Positions 49,288 through 62,180 of a DNA stretch of 64,000 bases are shown piece after piece. Within the stretch, counting starts at the first letter, position 1. Each line of letters starts with the position of its first letter. The DNA comes from Chiloscyllium plagiosum (lineage: Eukaryota), in NCBI RefSeq assembly GCF_004010195.1, contig NC_057719.1, positions 89,535,620 to 89,599,619 of the forward strand, given 5' to 3'. The position numbers and the translations under genes are program-made. The notes beneath the pieces were generated by a model, which worked only from the letters and a program-made list of their open reading frames with translations, ran no database searches and was not told the DNA's origin.

Positions 49288-50286
49288 ATATCTCAAGTAT
49301 ATTTCTAGTAGTTCTCGCAAATCTGAGAGGCAATCTCAACATTTACAGCATAATGAGTCAAGGCTTGAAGAAACACAATAGTTTCCCAAATTTGCAGTCT
49401 AACCCTAAAGATCAATTCACTCCCTATAAAAACGACCACTTCGCAACATTTTTCTGCAATCACCTACTTTCACTTCTAATGCAGCATACCTCCACCCTAA
49501 ATCAAATCACCCCTTTACAAAACTGACAGTCAGTGTTGCTTCAGACTGATCTCATTCAAAATACTACTGCTCTGGTCCTAACTTGAATCAAATTGTATTG
49601 ACCACTCACCCTGTGTTTGCTGACTTACACGATCTCTCAGTTAAGAGATGTCTTCATTTTAAAGTTCTCATCCTTGTTTTAAAATCCTTCCTTGGTCTTG
49701 CCCCTCCCTCTGTGTTCAAGTTTCATGATTCTGTGGTCCTCATGCATTCTCTCAGGTATTATCCCTCCATTACTGGTGGCCATGCCTTCTACTACATGGG
49801 CCCCAAGCTTTGGAATTCTCTCCTTATCCCTCTTTATCTCACCTTTCTTCTTTAACAAACACCTCCTTCAAACGTTGCACTCTGACCAAGCCTTTGGTCA
49901 TCAACATTAGTTGAGTTGGTGTCAAACTTGCTTTACTGTTGCCCAAAGAATCTTTTATCGCAAAACCTACAATGTTTGGTCTACTGTTGCTATGCCAATC
50001 TGGTTTTACCACTGCCACAAACTAATTTTCCAACTCTTTCACACAGCAGTATGGGTAGGGTTTTAGCCTTTCTCATTTGTATTTAAAATTCAGACTCAAG
50101 TTATTTCAGGAAGATGAGAATATTTACCAGTCTGTAAATTCAGACACAGAACTTTGGAACCTGAAGGAGGCAATTTTATCGTTTGCAATGCACACGCCAC
50201 ACGTGTAGACTTTCCAGCATTCAGCTAAACCTTAAAAACACACTCCAATATCAAAGGGGTAGAAATAAGCAAGAGGTAGCACTTAC

Positions 50287-50401
50287 CAGCTAAAAGAACA
50301 CCTTCTTCTTCATGAGGATGGATAGGGAGATAAGCACACTCATTATGATGACCCTCATACTGTTTAACACATCTTGTAGTCCTCAGGTCCCAAAGTTTAA
50401 T
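50287..50401 (-). CDS. DCAF4: DCAF4 coding exon (WD40 repeat with WDxR motif)
   Basis: tttcag|ATT...GCTG|gtaagt; 115 bp. Encodes [38 protein letters not shown]. Confidence 0.96.
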
Positions 50402-50974
50402 CTGAAAGAAACAATATATCAAATTCATGGTTTATGCTAGCCATTTATATAGGGAAACACATGACCATGTTAGAGCTGGGTCAAATACATTCCAACATCA
50501 GAACTCTAAGACCATATAACATTAAGTTCAATTCTACTAAATTACACTGAACATTTGAAGTATGGTGCAATATTATAAAGAAAGGTCAAGCAGGAGAGCA
50601 AGAAAACAGCGTAAGCACTGAACTCAATACACTGAAGCATTATTTAACTCCCAACTCTATCGACACAATAAGCTCTAGTACAAATTACATTTTTGTATAT
50701 TGATTTGAAACATCAAGACACTATGAAAGTCGCAAGGAGTTCAATTGAAAGAATTATTGCAGATTATTGGAGCAAAAAACAGATGACTTTGTCATAGAGT
50801 CATAGAGAAGTTCAGCATGGAAACTGACTCTTCGGTCCAACTTGTCCATGTCAATCAGCTATCCTAAATTGTTTATATTGTGATTGATTGCAAAAGAGCT
50901 GTTTTCTGGACACCTTACTTGTCGCATTTTCTGTTGGATAACACTGACCCTGGTTTCAAAGTTTGTATTTGTTT

Positions 50975-51068
50975 TGAGCTGAAAATGTGTTGCTGGAAAA
51001 GCGCAGCAGGTCAGGCAGCATCCAAGGAGCAGGAGAATCGACGTTCGGGCACAAGCCCTTCTTCAGGA
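50975..51068 (-). mobile_element. Short Penelope-like 3' fragment with hammerhead motif (51035-51068; GAAA reduced to GAA)
   Basis: Minus strand CUGAAGA-A-GGGC-uugu-GCCC-GAAC-GUC-gauu. Confidence 0.7.
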
Positions 51069-51069
51069 G

Positions 51070-52480
51070 TCATTCCCCCCTCAATCTCCTTTTCCTAATG
51101 AAAATAAACCTATGCTACTCAACCTCTTCGTAGCTAGCACCTTCCATAACAGGCAACTCCTCATAAACCTCTGCACCCTCTCCAAAGCGTCCACATCCTT
51201 TTGGTAATGTGACGACCATAACTGTACACAGTATTCTAAATGCGGCCGAACCAATGTCTTGTACAATTTTAACGTGACTTGCCAGCTCTTGTACACAATA
51301 CCCCGTCCGATGAAGGCAAGCATACCATATGCCTTCTTGACCACAACCTTCAGGATACAATGGACCTGCACTCCCAGATCGCTCTGGTTCTCATAATCTA
51401 CTCTGCCTATGCCTCTCAGTTTTATATACCTCAATCAGACTCCCCTCAGCTGCTTCTGTTCCAGAGAAAACAAATCCAGCCTATCCAGTCCCTCCTTATA
51501 ATTGAGACTTTCCCTCTCAGGCAACATCCTGATGAATCTCCTCTGCGTCCTTTCCAGTACAATCACGTCCTTCTGATTGTGTAGCATCCAGAACTGCACA
51601 CAGCATTCTACGTGTGGCCCAACCAATGCACTAACTTGCAACAAGATTTCCTTGTTCCTGTATTCTGTGCCTCAGCAAATTAAGGTAAGCTTTTTCCACC
51701 ACTATCTACCTGTGCTGACAACTTCAGTGATCTGTGGGCTTCTATACCAATATCTTTTATTCCTTCAGTATACCTTATTCACTGTGAATTGACTGCCCAA
51801 AATACATCATCTCACGTTACCCAGGGCTAGATTCCATCTGCCAGTATCCTGTCCAATTTACCAGCTGATCAATACCTGTATAACTGTAGCATGAAGACCA
51901 TTTTCCTCGTTATCAACATTACCAATCTGTAACCTTACTTCTTCATCCACATCCAACACATTAATGCACATAACAATCAACATGGGTGCCAGCACCAACT
52001 CCTGTGGTATACCACTGGGTTCCCAATCACAAAAAGAAATCTCCATCAACACCTTTTATCTCTTACTTGTAAGCCAATTTGGATCCAGTTTGTCAACTTG
52101 TCTTGAATCCCATGGTTGACTTTGTTCCAGTAGTCCAGGTGGGATCTTGTCAAAGTCCACGTAAACTACATCAACTACACTAACTTCACCAACTTAACCA
52201 TTACCATCAAACATCACCTTTTCAAAACCTCAGTTAAGTTAGTCACATAAGCTCTCTCTCTGACAAATATGTGCTGACACATATTTCTTTGTCTTTGCAA
52301 ATGTTGACTGATCCTGGCCCTCAGAATGTTTTCCAACAATTTCCCTATCTCTGACATCAGACTGACTGGTTTGTAATTACCTGGCCTATCCCTGATACCC
52401 TTCTTGAATAAAGGAACCACATTTGCTATCCTCCAGTCATCTGGCATGTCCTCTGTGGCCAGTGAAATGGCCAGATTTAA
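51070..52480 (-). mobile_element. CR1-type LINE fragments
   Basis: ORFs encode LVRPHLEYCVQLWS, WRIANVVPLFKKG and PGNYKPVSL. Confidence 0.85.
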
Positions 52481-52489
52481 GTCTGCTGA

Positions 52490-53253
52490 TGACACAACCA
52501 CAGTGAGTCAGATAATAAATAACAAGGAAAGAGCTAGTGTGCTTAGTGGCGAGGTGTAAAGATAACAATCTCTCCCTCAATATCAAAGGAACTGATCATT
52601 GATTTCAGGAAGCAGCATACAGGACATACCCTTGTTTGTATTAATGGTACTGATGGTCGAGAGGTTCAAGATCCTAAGAGTAAATATCGTCAATAATCTG
52701 TCCTCGTCCGTCCATATCAACAGTGGTCAAGAACCCACCCTACATCCTCAGAAAACTAAGGGAATTCACCACGTCCATAATGAGTCTTACCAATTCTTAT
52801 AGATGTAGCATAGAAAGTGTCCTATTCAGATGCATCACAGCTTGGTATGGCAAGTGGTGTGCCCAACATTGCAAGGAATTACACAAGTTGTGATTGCAAT
52901 CTAGTCCATTACACAAACCAACCTTCCTTCCACTGACTCCATCTACACTTGCTGCTGGCTTGGGAAAGAAGCCAACACAGTCAAAGACCCCTCCCACCCT
53001 GTTATACTCTCTCCATTCTTTTCCATCAGGCAAAAGTTCAAAAACTGCTACTTCCCCACTGTTATTGGATATTTGAATGGACTCTCGTGTGTTAACGTTA
53101 ATCATTCCCTGCACCTTCTCTGTTCCTGTAACACTATAATTTGTATTCTGTTCATCCTGATGTACTTACATAAGGTATGATTTGCCAGGATAGTATGAAA
53201 AACAATGCTTTTCACTGTATTTCAATATGTGTGATAATAACAAATCAAATCAA
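52490..53253 (+). mobile_element. Non-LTR retroelement 3' region (L2/Rex1-like, clade uncertain)
   Basis: DDTT, FKILRVNI and CITAWYG remnants; aaatcaaatcaa tail. Confidence 0.55.
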
Positions 53254-53254
53254 G

Positions 53255-54910
53255 ATCTAGTAACTCGAGACTGGGCATCCATGAGGTGCTGTGGGCTATC
53301 ATGAACCACAGAACTGTACTCCAACACCAATCTGCAACTTCATGGCCCAGCATATCCCACTTAACCATTACCATCAAACATGGTTCAATGAAGAGTACAG
53401 GAGGGTGTGCCAAGAGCAGTCCCAGGCATATCTAAATTGGAGATCTCATCCTGGTGAAGCTACAATGGCATATCAATGTGTTTTAGAGTAGGAACTCAGC
53501 TGTCCTTAACCAGTCTACATGCAACTTCAGACGCACAGCAGTTTAGCTCACTCTTACATAACCTCTGAAATAGTCAAAGACACTCAGGCAATTAGGGATG
53601 TGTAAAAAATGCTTACCTTGCTAGAGACACACACATCTGTGCAACAAAGAAAAGAAAAACCAAATAGGGGGAGCAGCAACTGATAGACAGTGCTAAGTTA
53701 TTCCACAACTAAACTGATCAGATCAAAGCTCTGCAGTCCTCTGACACCAGTTGTGAATGATGGCAGACAATTAAACAATTCACTGGAGGTGACGGCTCCT
53801 CAAATACCTCCATTCTCAATGATGGAAGAGCTCAACACATTATGGCAAAAGATAAGTTTGAGGTACCCAGCAGATGATCCATTGTGGCCTCCTCCTGAGG
53901 TCCCCAGCTTGATAGATACCAGTTTTCAGCCAATTTGATTCACTCCATGTTATATTTTCAAATTGCTGAACACACTGGATAAAACAAAGTCTACAAAACT
54001 TGCCACATCCCTACCCAAGTTCTTTCAGTGCAGTTACAATGATATGGAAAACTGCCCAGATATGTCTTGTACAGATAATGCAGGAAAATCCAGCCCAGTC
54101 AATTACCGCCCAATCAGTCTGCTCTCGATCATTAGTAAAGCGATGGACGATGTCATCCGTATTGCTATCAATCAGCACCTGCTCAGTGATGCCGAGTTTG
54201 GGTTCCACCAGGCTAATCAGCTCCTGACCCTTGTCGAGAGACAAATGAAAGATTGAACTCGAGGTGAGGTAGACTGTCTGCCCTGACAACAAGTGACATC
54301 AAGGAGCCCTTGTGAAAAACTGGGATCAGTGGTGTCAGAGGGCAAACTTTCCACTGGTTAGAGTCATACCTAGCACATAGGAGGATGATTATGGTTGTTG
54401 GAGGTCATCAAATCTACAGAGTGTGGAAGCAGGCCTTTCGGTCCATCCAGTTCAAACCAATCCTCCGAAGAGCTTCCCTCCCAGACCCATCCCCTCGCCT
54501 ATCCCTGTAACCCTGCATTTCCCATGGCTAATCCACCTAGTCAGCACATCACTGAACACTATGGACAATCCACCTAACATATTTGGACCAGTGTGAGGAA
54601 ACTGCAGCACTCAGAGGAAATCATGCAGAAACTCGGAGAATGCGAAAACTCCACACAGTCATCTGAGTGTGGAATTAACCCCCGGTCCCTGGTTCTGTGA
54701 GGCAGCACTGCAAACCACTGAACCACCATGCCAGTCAACCATCTCAGCTCCAGGAAATCCCTGCAGTAGTTCCTCAGGGTCGTGTCTTAGACCCAACCAC
54801 CTACAGCTACTTTATCAACGACCTTCCCTTCATCGTAAGGTCAGAAATAGGGATGTTCACTGACAATTGCACAATGTGACACCTCAGATACTGAAGCAGC
54901 ATGTGTCCAT
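53255..54910 (+). mobile_element. Decayed LINE ORF2 (L2/CR1 group) with a nested V-SINE
   Basis: NYRPISLLSIISKAM, VPQGRVLDPT..FINDLP and FTDNCT RT motifs. Confidence 0.75.
54413..54733 (-). mobile_element. V-SINE, older copy
   Basis: Same layout as 12921-13251. Confidence 0.75.
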
Positions 54911-55169
54911 TTGTGATAGAAGTGGAATGGAATAAATATGTTAAACTGAATTTCTCCATCATTAATCAGGGTTGACTTGATCTAATCATACTGTGTTTTT
55001 CTAGTTTTGGACCTTTCTTAACAATATTTCCAGCACTTCCAGAAATCAGGTTAACTGGTCAAGAGCTCCCCATTTTCTCAATAGTACACTTGTTAACTTC
55101 CAATCTGCTGGGACTATTCTGGATCAGATTTCCAATATCTGTAAAATTCTCTTTTAGAACCCTTGGGTT

Positions 55170-57660
55170 GGAACACAGGAATAGGCCATTCAGCCCATCA
55201 AGACTGCTTTCATAGCCGATCAACCTCAATGTAATTTTCCCACACAATCTCCATATCGCTTGATGATATTAGTCCCAGTGACTGATCTTACACATCTGAC
55301 TGGGTTGGATAAATTCTGGAGATCAGAGTCAAAAAGTGTAGTGCTGGAAGCATCAAGGAGCAGGAGAGTCAACATTTCGAGCATAAGCTTTTCATCAGGA
55401 ATTGGATAAATTGCAAAGATTAAGCATTCTCTGAATGATGAAATTTCTCTTCAGCTCAGTCTTAAATGGCTTTTTTTATCTGGAGATGGCATCCCTTGGT
55501 TTTAGACTTATCAACCTATGAAACATCTTATCTACAACCGCCTGTCACTCACACTGTCAAGAATTTACTAAGTTTCAGTGAGGTCACCCCACATTCTTTG
55601 GAATGCTAGGGAATATAGGATTTTGCTCTTGTTAGAGATGATCATTGCCTGGCACGTGTGATGGTACTCACAATTTCCCAGCCGGAGACAAAATATTGTC
55701 CGCATCTATATGCACATGGATATGGTCTGTTTCAGTTTCTTCAATCTCTCCATAAGACAATTCTGTCCTCCCAAGGCTTGAACTGATGGACCTCCACTGC
55801 ACTCCCCCTAAGGGAAGTATATCTTTGCTTAAACAAAGGCAACAAAACAGTACTCAAGGTGCAGTCTCAACGTCTCTACCTGCAGTAAGACATCTTTACT
55901 CCTATTCTCAAATACCCTTGCAATGAAGCTTTATTACACCTGTACGCTGTCTTTAAGGGACTGAAATAATTATATCCTACATTTCCATCCTGTCTCCATT
56001 TAAATATCCTGTTGTCCTTTTTTTCTTTAAAGTTGATAGTTTCACAATTATTCGCATTAAATTCCACCTGCCATGTCCTGGTCCACTCACTCAGCAGTTC
56101 GAAATCCACTTGAAGCCTCTTTGCACCTTCCGCACAACTCCCATTCCCACCAAATTATGGGTCACCTGCAAACTTGTAAATATTACAGATGGTGACCATA
56201 TCCACAGCATTGGTATAGACTGTGAATAGCTATGGCCGCAGCACTGATCCTTGCAATACCTGTAAGTTGCCAACCTGAGAATGATTTATTCCTACTCTGT
56301 TATCTGTCTTTTAATTTTAATTCCATACTGATATATTTCCACCTATTCCATACTCTAATTTTATATTCTAACTTTCTGTATGGGGCCTCATCAAAAGCTT
56401 TCTGAAACGCCACCCCATCCCTAACTCTTTATCAATCTTACAAATAATTTCCTCAAAATATTTCAACAAATTTGTTAAACAAGATTTCTCTTCTGCAAAT
56501 CTGTGCTGATTCTGCCCAATTTTACCAATCGTTTCTCAATATCTAGTTATCCTGTCCTTTATGATATATTCTAGCTTTTCCCTACTGGTGACATAAAATT
56601 CTTCATATTCCTTCTTCCTCCTTTCTGAAATGGTGTGATAACATTTGCCACTGCTGGAACCTTTACAGAATTTGAAAGATAAGCAATGGATTCACTATCC
56701 CTGTTAGCCACATCCTTCATTATAAATTCACCCGAGGGCATCCATTTTTCCAAGCTAACCTTTTGATCTTTCTTTGCTGGGTTCTAAATTGCTTCTGATC
56801 TCCAGGCTTACCAGGTTTTCTGGCATGGTTAGAAACTACTTCCTTTGATCTAAAGCAATCTTTAACTTATTTGGTAATTCACCTTTTCCTTTGGGTGTTT
56901 GTGGCTTACAGGAATGTATATCTATGTAGTCTTTCTATTTTCTGAACCAGCATTTATTATCCATCTCTTGTTGCCCTTGAGAAGGAAATATTTCCATAGA
57001 TATTAACCACTGCCTACACGCCATCAAATCTGTACATCGTTTTCCTGATTGACCATAACCAACTTGGTTCTCACACTTTCATAATTTCCTTTCTCCAGAT
57101 TTAGGACTCCAGTTTCAAAATGAACTGTACTGACTTCAACCTTAATGCAAAATTCTATCACATATTGTCACTATTTCCCAAATGCTCACTATCAAGATAA
57201 GATTACTAATTATCCTTTTTCATTGCACATGAAATGCAAATTTGCTTGATCCTTAGTTGGCTCTTTAATACACTAATCCAGAAACTCATCTTGCACATAT
57301 TACAGGAATTCATCTCCACAATATTGCTGTTGATATGGTTCATCCTTGTTCAGTGTAATTTGATATTGCTCATCATACTGCATTACTCACATTAGGCGTA
57401 ATTTCCCAACACTACCACTGCAGTTTGGAGACCTATGAATAATATCCAAGATTTGCTGCCCTTTGCTAATTCTTAGCTCCACCAATATAAATTCTACATC
57501 TTGATCCTTGATCTAAGATCCTCTTCTACTAATGCACTGATCTCAACTCTCATTAAGAGATATTCCCAACTCCTCTTCCTATTTGCCTATCCCTCCTAAA
57601 TGCCACATCTTCTTTGGTGTTCACTTCCCAATCTTTTTCATCCTGTAGTCACATCTCTGT
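55170..57660 (-). mobile_element. Old CR1-type LINE
   Basis: WTRTWQVEFNANNCE and ANVITPFQKGGR remnants; endonuclease-like region at the far end. Confidence 0.7.
55316..55401 (-). mobile_element. 86 bp hammerhead-plus-tail insertion with a perfect 11 bp TSD
   Basis: TTGGATAAATT at 55305-55315 and 55402-55412; minus strand CUGAUGA-A-AAGC-uuau-GCUC-GAAAU-GUU. Confidence 0.8.
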
Positions 57661-57675
57661 AATTAAATCATATCC

Positions 57676-58252
57676 GAGCTGGGAATTTGTGTTGCAGACA
57701 TTTCGTCCCCTGTCTAGGGGACATCCTCAGTGCTTGGGAGCCTCCTGTGAAGCGCTTCTGTGTTTTTTCCTTCGGCATTTATAACGGTTTGTCTCTGCCG
57801 CTTCCAGTTGTCAGTTCCAACTGTTCGCTGCAGTGGCCGGTATATTGGGTCCAGGTCAATGTGTTTGTTGATAGAATCTGTGGATGAGTGCCATGCCTCT
57901 AGGAATTCCCGAGCTGTTCTCTGTTTGGCTTGTCCTACAATAGTAGTGTTGTCCCAGTTGAACTCATGTTGCCGGTCATCTGCGCGTGTGGCTACTAAGG
58001 ATAGCTGGTCGTGTCGTTTCATGGCAAGAACATTTCTGAACTGACAGCCAGACTACTACGACCACTAGGACTCATAACAGCACACAAACCAGTCTCAGAC
58101 AACAACTCACTAGGACAAAGGACCCGATACCCAGCATGAGCAAAACCAACGTAGCGTACAAAATCCCATGAAAGGACTGCACAAAACACTACATAGGACA
58201 AACAGGAAGACAGCTAATGATCCATATCCATGAACACCAACTAGCCACGAAT
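57676..58252 (-). mobile_element. Penelope/Poseidon-type element with an inverted 5' segment
   Basis: Same family as 31244-33192. 57676-58022 on minus is the GIY-YIG C-terminus and pseudo-LTR; 58023-58252 on plus is the preceding segment. Confidence 0.88.
57694..57733 (-). ncRNA. Minimal hammerhead motif with a perfect 7 bp stem II
   Basis: gca-CUGAGGA-U-GUCCCCU-agac-AGGGGAC-GAAAU-GUC-ugc. Confidence 0.7.
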
Positions 58253-58848
58253 AGTTCTGAGTAACTGAGCATTGGGAAAGACATTGGAATAAACATGCTT
58301 TTTTATTAATTTTGCAGTTTAGAAATGTGGCAGCCAGCAGAGAAAAGCACATGGGCTGCATCAGTTCAAGATGGTGATTCAGGTAGAGCTCTCACATTCT
58401 ATGAATATGGTTAGTTTGGTTTTCTAATGTAAATAGTGATCTTCAGGCTTTAGTTTCTTGAGAGCTTTGTTGGTCTTGGCTGACTCTTCTATTTGTGTGT
58501 CCAAGTACCCACAATGAGCTCAATATTTCTAGCCAGCATAGAGTATCTTGTGACTCTTGTGCAAAACATGAGGAGGGGGCTGTGGCTGTGATGTCATTCT
58601 GAGGCAAGAGTGTTGAACTAATCCATGAATAATGGTCACTCTGACCAAATATTGCCTTGAAACTGAATCTAGTCCTTAGGAAGGAAAGAGAGAAAAGGAG
58701 ATAGAATAAATGTTAAGGATGGAGGAGTCAGACACAAACGGGTGATCGAGGCAAAGTTTGAAATGACCGTACCTAACCTGAACATTTCTATAATACTGTA
58801 GCCAATCATAAATGATTATAAATTCTTGAACACACCCTGGTAGCTTAC

Positions 58849-59025
58849 CTTTCCAATCATGTCTGCAGCCAAGAGGTAATTTTCATCCTGTAAGAGCTGG
58901 ATGGAAGTCACAGCAGAGTTTTGGGAGATTGTTGTACCTGCCCAACTCAGGGCTTTTGCCATTCGCTGTCTGATGTCTAGGCTGAAAATCTCTCCTGATC
59001 GACAGCCATTATACAACACAGGGGC
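58849..59025 (-). CDS. DCAF4: DCAF4 coding exon
   Basis: ctgcag|GCC...AAG|gtaagc; 177 bp. Encodes APVLYNGCRSGEIFSLDIRQR...SAVTSIQLLQDENYLLAADMIGK. Confidence 0.95.
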
Positions 59026-59419
59026 CTGCAGAAACATTGCACATTCAGAATTCTTGGTACACCTGCAGATGTGACTTTGAACTCTTATCATTCAGAAAAA
59101 TCAATCCTAAAACCTCTTGTCTAAAAAGCTCCGTTTGGCTAAATTATTACAGTTTTATTTTCAACGCAATCACACTGGATCAAGACAAAAAGTATCAAAA
59201 ACTGCCAATACTTCGATGCATGATTAGACAGAGGAATATCCTCAGAACTTGGATGCTGGAAGAACTGACAATTTCATGCAGAAAACAACATAGCTAAAGC
59301 AAGATATCATAAATAAAATGACTGATCAGATACTGTGTCTTCCTAGTTATGATAGGTGAATGTCACACTCCATCAAATAGTTGTGCACACTGGAAAAACA
59401 AAAAGTGCCTCAATTAACT

Positions 59420-60000
59420 TCCAATCAAAAAAGTTACAAGCAATCCTGGAGTGGTCCCTAGGGACCAGACACTGAACTGGACGAGCCACACAAATAAGCG
59501 TAGGAATCCTGCAGTGAGTAACAAAACCGCCTGACTCTCCAGGGCCTGTCCACTAACCATAAAGCACAAGCGTGGAGTGCGGTGGAATATTCTCCACTTC
59601 CCTGCTTGTGTGCAGCTCCAACAACACTCCTGAAGCTTGACACTATTCGGGACAAAGCAGCCCACCTCACTGATGCTCAGTAGCAATGGTGTGTACCACC
59701 GTTAAGATGCACTGCAGTAGTCCACCCATGCTCCTTTAGCATTAACTTCCAAACCCAGAAGGGACCTCTACTGGCTAGAACAAAGGGTGCTGACAGAGGT
59801 AAACAACTGCCCCAAAAAACAAAATCACACATCACCCTGACTTGGAACTAAATTCACCGCAATTCCCTTAATCCCCTGTGAGCGTAGCTACACCTACAAG
59901 GCCTCAGCAGATCCAGAAAATAGCTCAGCAATATCTTGGAAAAGAAAAGGATAACAAATACTGGACGAGCCAGTGTTGCTCTCATCTCAATATCACAAAA
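59420..60000 (+). mobile_element. LINE 3' region (L2-like); related tails at about 14050-14130 and 53580-53640
   Basis: EYSPL..CAAPTTLLKLDTIRDKAA remnant and a shared 3' UTR. Confidence 0.6.
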
Positions 60001-60256
60001 TAATGCCACAGCTAACTGGTGGGAGAGAAAATAACAGAAGGACTTTGAACCATGTAAAAACTGGGATTGAGCAATTCCAAACGCACAAATGCTAGGACAA
60101 GAAAAAAAGTGCCAAAAATCCAGAACATATCCTTTGTCAGAATAAGACAACTTTAAAACAATATTAACGCGTTGCTTCACTTTATACAAACTTCTTGGTC
60201 TGTTTCATAACTCCTTTTCACTCAGAGAAAACTCAGTATTTTAAATCCTTGCTTAC

Positions 60257-60354
60257 CCTATGAGCAAACTGCTGAGCAAGAACACTGCTGTTTGTGTAGA
60301 ATATCTGTTTTTGACCTGTTACGGCATCGGTCACACAGACACAGTTCAACAAAC
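60257..60354 (-). CDS. DCAF4: DCAF4 coding exon (not in the ORF track)
   Basis: ttctag|GT...AGG|gtaagc; 98 bp. Encodes (G)LLNCVCVTDAVTGQKQIFYTNSSVLAQQFAHR; phases fit both neighbouring exons. Confidence 0.92.
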
Positions 60355-60681
60355 CTAGAAAACATAATGCAAAACAAATAATTGTGACTTACCTGGTGAA
60401 GATTCAAAAGCCTGCCTTCTAAAACCGACACAGCATGTTTTGAAGTCTATGGACAAGATTGTTGCTATACCAGGTTTGGGTGACAAGAAGAAATAGAGTA
60501 TATGTCATGCCAATGAGAAGCTACTGAAATTGTGGCACAGTTTGTATCATTCTATCATTACATTACTAATAAGTGGACTAATGATCTGAAAAATTAGTCT
60601 TGGTGGCCCCCAATGCTCACAGGTTGCTGTGCAGGTTTGATCCCAATTTGTTTTTTCAAAAAACTCAACAAAACCAAACTA

Positions 60682-61027
60682 CAGCAGTGCCTCGACTTAC
60701 GAACTTAATCCATTCCGGGACCCGGTTCATGAACTAAAAAGTTCGCGAACTGAATCAATTTTCCCCACTGTTCAGATATTTCCGGAGTCTTTTATCTCTT
60801 TTGTCTCTTGGAGGTTGGTGATGCCACAAGAAAACGATCCAGAGAAACTTGTTTTTTTCTTTGTTGCAGAATTTTCTGAAAATGGGACATCCCATTGTCA
60901 TTTAAAATGTTCACCTTCGCTCGTATCGTGAATTTCGTACGTACATTGAAGCAAAATTTTACGTACAATCCTGTTCGTAAACCGATTTGTTCGTGAACGG
61001 GGTCATTCGTATGTCGAGGCGCTACTC
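60682..61027. mobile_element. Tigger-like MITE
   Basis: TA-cagcagtgcctcgacttacgaa...ttcgtatgtcgaggcgctactc-TA TIRs. Confidence 0.8.
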
Positions 61028-61679
61028 TAGGTTACAATCACTTGTAGTGGACTGGGTGGATGGATGGGTAACTTCCTTCCAGCTGAATACTAACATTATT
61101 TCATGACTAGTGGGTTAACATGGACTCGATTTCGCTTCAATATTTCAAGATCAAGGAATACAAACAATATCCTCAAGATGTCTCAAAGTGAATCATAACC
61201 TATTCGTCTTTTATGTTGATCCATTCTAGGAGCAACCATGAAATCTAAAGTGATAAGAACCATGGGAAACAGGAGCAGTGTGTCAATATGCCCTTCAGAG
61301 CTGCATCATGCAACAAAGATCATGACTGACCTTTCTTCACACCAGTTTCCAGGCTGTCCCCAGAACCCTTCACTTCTTTACCTGTCAAAAATCTGTTCAT
61401 CTCACTCTGAATATACTAATGACCCCACCTCCATGGAACAGACTAGCAATCCTCAGAGAAGACGGCCCTTCCTGTCTGCAGGTGAAATAACATAACTCTG
61501 ATCTTGAAACTGTGTATCCTGTTCCAGAATCCCTTACGAGAAACAGCCTCTCAACATCCACTCAATGAAACTCTCTGATCTTATGTTTCAATAATATCAC
61601 ATCTCAATGAGTACAGGCCCAACATGTTAGTACATTTCTATGACTCTATGTTTAACCACTCCTTCTAAGAATACTTGTA

Positions 61680-62180
61680 GAGGACATTAATGAGGCCACT
61701 TTTGGAGAAGAGTGAACAGTTCTGGTCACCCTGCTGTAGGAAGGATATTATCAAATAATGCAGAAAAGACTTACAGGGATGTTATGAGGACTGGAGAGTT
61801 TAAATTATAAGGAGAGGCTGGATAGGCTGCAATTTTTTTTGGAGGTTTATAAAATTACGACGGGCATAGATAAGGTGAATCGCAAAGGTCTGTTTTTTCC
61901 TCTACGATAGAGGAATTCAAAACAACAGGGCATGTGTTTAAGGTGAGAGGAGACAGACTTAAAAAGGAACCAGAGGGACAACTTTTTCTACACAGAGTTT
62001 GGTTCATATGTGGAATAACCTGCCAGAGAGTGGTAGTTGAAGTTCCAGTTAGAACACTTAAAAAACAAATTTGGACTGGTACACAAATAGGAAAGGTATA
62101 CAGGGATATGGGCCAAATGAAAGCAAATGGGACTAGTTTAGTTTGGGAAATTTGGTCAGCATGGATAAATTGGACTGAAG
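61680..62180 (+). mobile_element. CR1 3' fragment
   Basis: RPLLE..QFWSP and EVYKI..GIDKV remnants with a CR1 3' UTR. Confidence 0.75.
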
